The notes under the pieces were generated by a model. It was not told where the DNA came from. It saw only the letters and a list, made by a program, of their open reading frames with translations, and did no database searches. A DNA stretch of 63,631 bases, counting the filler, from Globobulimina sp. (Eukaryota), in NCBI GenBank assembly GCA_003354225.1. It is 27 parts of 27 records of this genome, joined end to end, with 100 filler letters (N's around TTAATTAATTAA, not from the genome) between each part and the next. Parts side by side here need not be neighbours in the genome. Positions count along the whole stretch, not along the records: positions 61,373 to 63,631 come from PIVH01007827.1; 26 more parts are not named here. One strand, 5' to 3'. Positions 61,581 through 63,631 of the stretch are shown here, in pieces. The first letter of the stretch is position 1. Every line of letters begins with the position of its first letter. Position numbers and translations under genes: made by a program.

Positions 61581-62453
61581 TCATTTTGCATATTCAATAA
61601 ATCTGCGAAAGACATCTTTTGCATATTCCATTGCCAAATATTCATTAAATAATTGTTTATTTTGAATAATTTTCATGTTTTCTTCTGTTTCATTGAAATC
61701 ATTATTTTTATTATTCTTATCATCATCGTTTGCTATTTCTTGTTCAATTACAACTTTTTTACCCTTTCTTTTGATTGAAATGTACATTAAACCACTTTTA
61801 CCATTTAATAAATTCACCATTTTGCCACAAACTGAGAACCAATCACATTCTTCATTGTTTTTATTATTTTTTACTTTAAATTTATTTTCATTTTTAAACA
61901 TAATTTGATTTTCCATTTTTTCTCTTTTTATTCTTTCATTTTTAATTTTTCTTTTCTTTCCACCCACAAAACTCACACGATTTGGAGTAAAATGAGTTTG
62001 TAACGGATTAATTGTGATATTGCTAATATTTTCAGTTTGAAATCCATCCTCAAATTCTGATATCGATTCAGATCCAGATTCAGATTCAGATTGACTTGAA
62101 TTCATTCGATTAATTGTTGTTATTCTTTTTTTCTTATTTTTATTTTTATTTTTATTTTTACTTTTTGCTAAATAATGGTCAATACACGAAATAAATCCAT
62201 ATTCCAATTCTCTCCAACTAATATTTTCTCCATTTATTGCTTTTTGAAATAATATTTGTTGCTTTTGGCTCAATTTATTATTTCCAACAAAATCTTCCAT
62301 TCGTATTGCTTTATTTTCATTTTTGACTTTCTTTAAATAGCATTTTAGATGGAAATGATAATGAAAATTGACAAAATGTCTGGATTTATTTTGTCGAACA
62401 CTTAATTTAATTCGTAATGCTGCGGATTTGATGGTTTGGCCGCATCCATTCAA
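61581..62453 (-). CDS. Hypothetical low-complexity protein (likely last exon of a larger gene)
   Basis: 290-aa ORF rich in K/N/E; no family recognised. Confidence 0.5.
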   Translation of the reverse strand: MNGCGQTIKSAALRIKLSVRQNKSRHFVNFHYHFHLKCYLKKVKNENKAIRMEDFVGNNKLSQKQQILFQKAINGENISWRELEYGFISCIDHYLAKSKNKNKNKNKKKRITTINRMNSSQSESESGSESISEFEDGFQTENISNITINPLQTHFTPNRVSFVGGKKRKIKNERIKREKMENQIMFKNENKFKVKNNKNNEECDWFSVCGKMVNLLNGKSGLMYISIKRKGKKVVIEQEIANDDDKNNKNNDFNETEENMKIIQNKQLFNEYLAMEYAKDVFRRFIEYAK

Positions 62454-62655
62454 TTTCTCACAACATCGAGCTCGCGCTACAACAATACATTTTATTTTAT
62501 TTTAATTTAATTGAATGCCACAAAACAAATATGTGAGTAAATAACTAACAGCTCAATGCTTTCTCAATAATAAGTTTCTCGCTTCCAACAAAAGTTGGCA
62601 TGTTTATAGTTTTAAAGTTTTTCACACTTTTAATAATACTGAATTGAATTAAACA

Positions 62656-63369
62656 ATGGAACTAGTCTGGGATGAACTGTGTGAAAACCAACGTTGGGTA
62701 CTACGCAAAGGCTGGCAGTCGTGCCCCCAAATCCGTATCGATCCCAGCCAATGGACAAACAGTGCGTATCAGCAATTGCCCTCCATTTACGACCACCGAT
62801 TGCCGGCCTCAGAAAATGAAAATCTACGCTGGGTTTGGGTCGATGACTGGCAATCTACAAACTGGAAATATGCCATTTCCTTTGGCGCAGCATTTGGCAC
62901 TTTCACCTTCAAAGAGAAAAGCTGTAGGAAACATTTTGTCCGCCAACGCAAATGGAAGCGGCCACGCATTCGAAAAATGGAAATTGGCACTACAGAGATA
63001 CGAGAACAAGTCATTGAAAATCAAAGAATTATGATCAAAAAGTGGAAATCGCCCTATTTGCCCGGCGACCCTCCACATTATTGCAGCAATAACGGGCATT
63101 TATTGACCACCAAACAAGTCGAATCCCGGCTGCCTCCCTCTTGGATTTGGTTGGAATGTGAGTGGAATGTGGAAATCGGCCAACATACAGACAAAAATGG
63201 CTGGCAATTCGCGCCTGATTTCCATGTCGGACAATGGAGCAATAAATTCACGCCGGTTCTAAACAGTGTGCGCAGAAAACAGTTGGTACGCACTCGAAAA
63301 CTGAGCGTCTTAATCAAAGAAACCAAGAAATTGGACATGAAACGCTCAATCGCAACATTTTGGGTTTGA
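62656..63369 (+). CDS. Tandem dysferlin/peroxin (DysF) domain protein
   Basis: ENQRW, WVWVDDW, WKYA, FVRQRKW; second unit LPPSWIW, DKNGWQFA, VRRK. Confidence 0.8.
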   Translation: MELVWDELCENQRWVLRKGWQSCPQIRIDPSQWTNSAYQQLPSIYDHRLPASENENLRWVWVDDWQSTNWKYAISFGAAFGTFTFKEKSCRKHFVRQRKWKRPRIRKMEIGTTEIREQVIENQRIMIKKWKSPYLPGDPPHYCSNNGHLLTTKQVESRLPPSWIWLECEWNVEIGQHTDKNGWQFAPDFHVGQWSNKFTPVLNSVRRKQLVRTRKLSVLIKETKKLDMKRSIATFWV

Positions 63370-63631
63370 ATCACATCGCAACATATCCGTCGGGCGGCAC
63401 CAATGCCAACCAATATCGATACACATTCACTTCTTTGTTGTTTATAATATTTAATGCTGTCATGTCCGTAAATACAGACAAAATTTGCAAAATGCGTTTT
63501 AAATCTGTTGCGGGTTTTGTTATTTTCATCATCACCGATATCTGCATTGAAAAATGTATTACATTGCTGCTCCCAAACTGGTGCTTGATTTATCAATGTG
63601 TTTGCTTCTTTGCTGTGAACAAAAGTATCAA

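Overview
This window is not one locus. It is 27 unrelated contigs of 2259-2261 bp, sorted by length and joined by 26 identical 100-bp spacers (N44-TTAATTAATTAA-N44, stops in all six frames), so no gene neighbourhood can be read across a spacer. The DNA is an AT-rich, gene-dense eukaryotic genome with short GT-AG introns (55-105 nt where I could map them) and the standard genetic code. The gene families suggest a protist, plausibly a foraminiferan or other rhizarian; this is inference. Recognisable housekeeping genes include V-ATPase C, a dynamin-related protein, CSE1, GCN5, SKI8/WDR61, a Rab32/38-like GTPase, a rhomboid protease and an inositol 5-phosphatase. There are many carbohydrate or sulfate enzymes (GH47, GH85, GH127, arylsulfatase, TreT) and a CRE-like non-LTR retrotransposon. 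The main points for follow-up are: (1) a contig that circularises through an exact 119-bp terminal repeat and thereby completes a TauD-family gene (2142-bp circle or tandem array); (2) an SRP RNA on the minus strand, absent from the ORF track, with an atypical helix 6; (3) a bacterial-type thioredoxin-coupled ArsC with a mitochondrial-like presequence inside a very compact co-oriented four-gene run; (4) two divergent ADP-ribosyltransferase-like proteins; (5) an ENGase-FBA fusion; (6) a myosin that has lost switch I. Two contigs carry bacterial gene fragments that look like chimeras. I found no multi-gene novel system I can defend.
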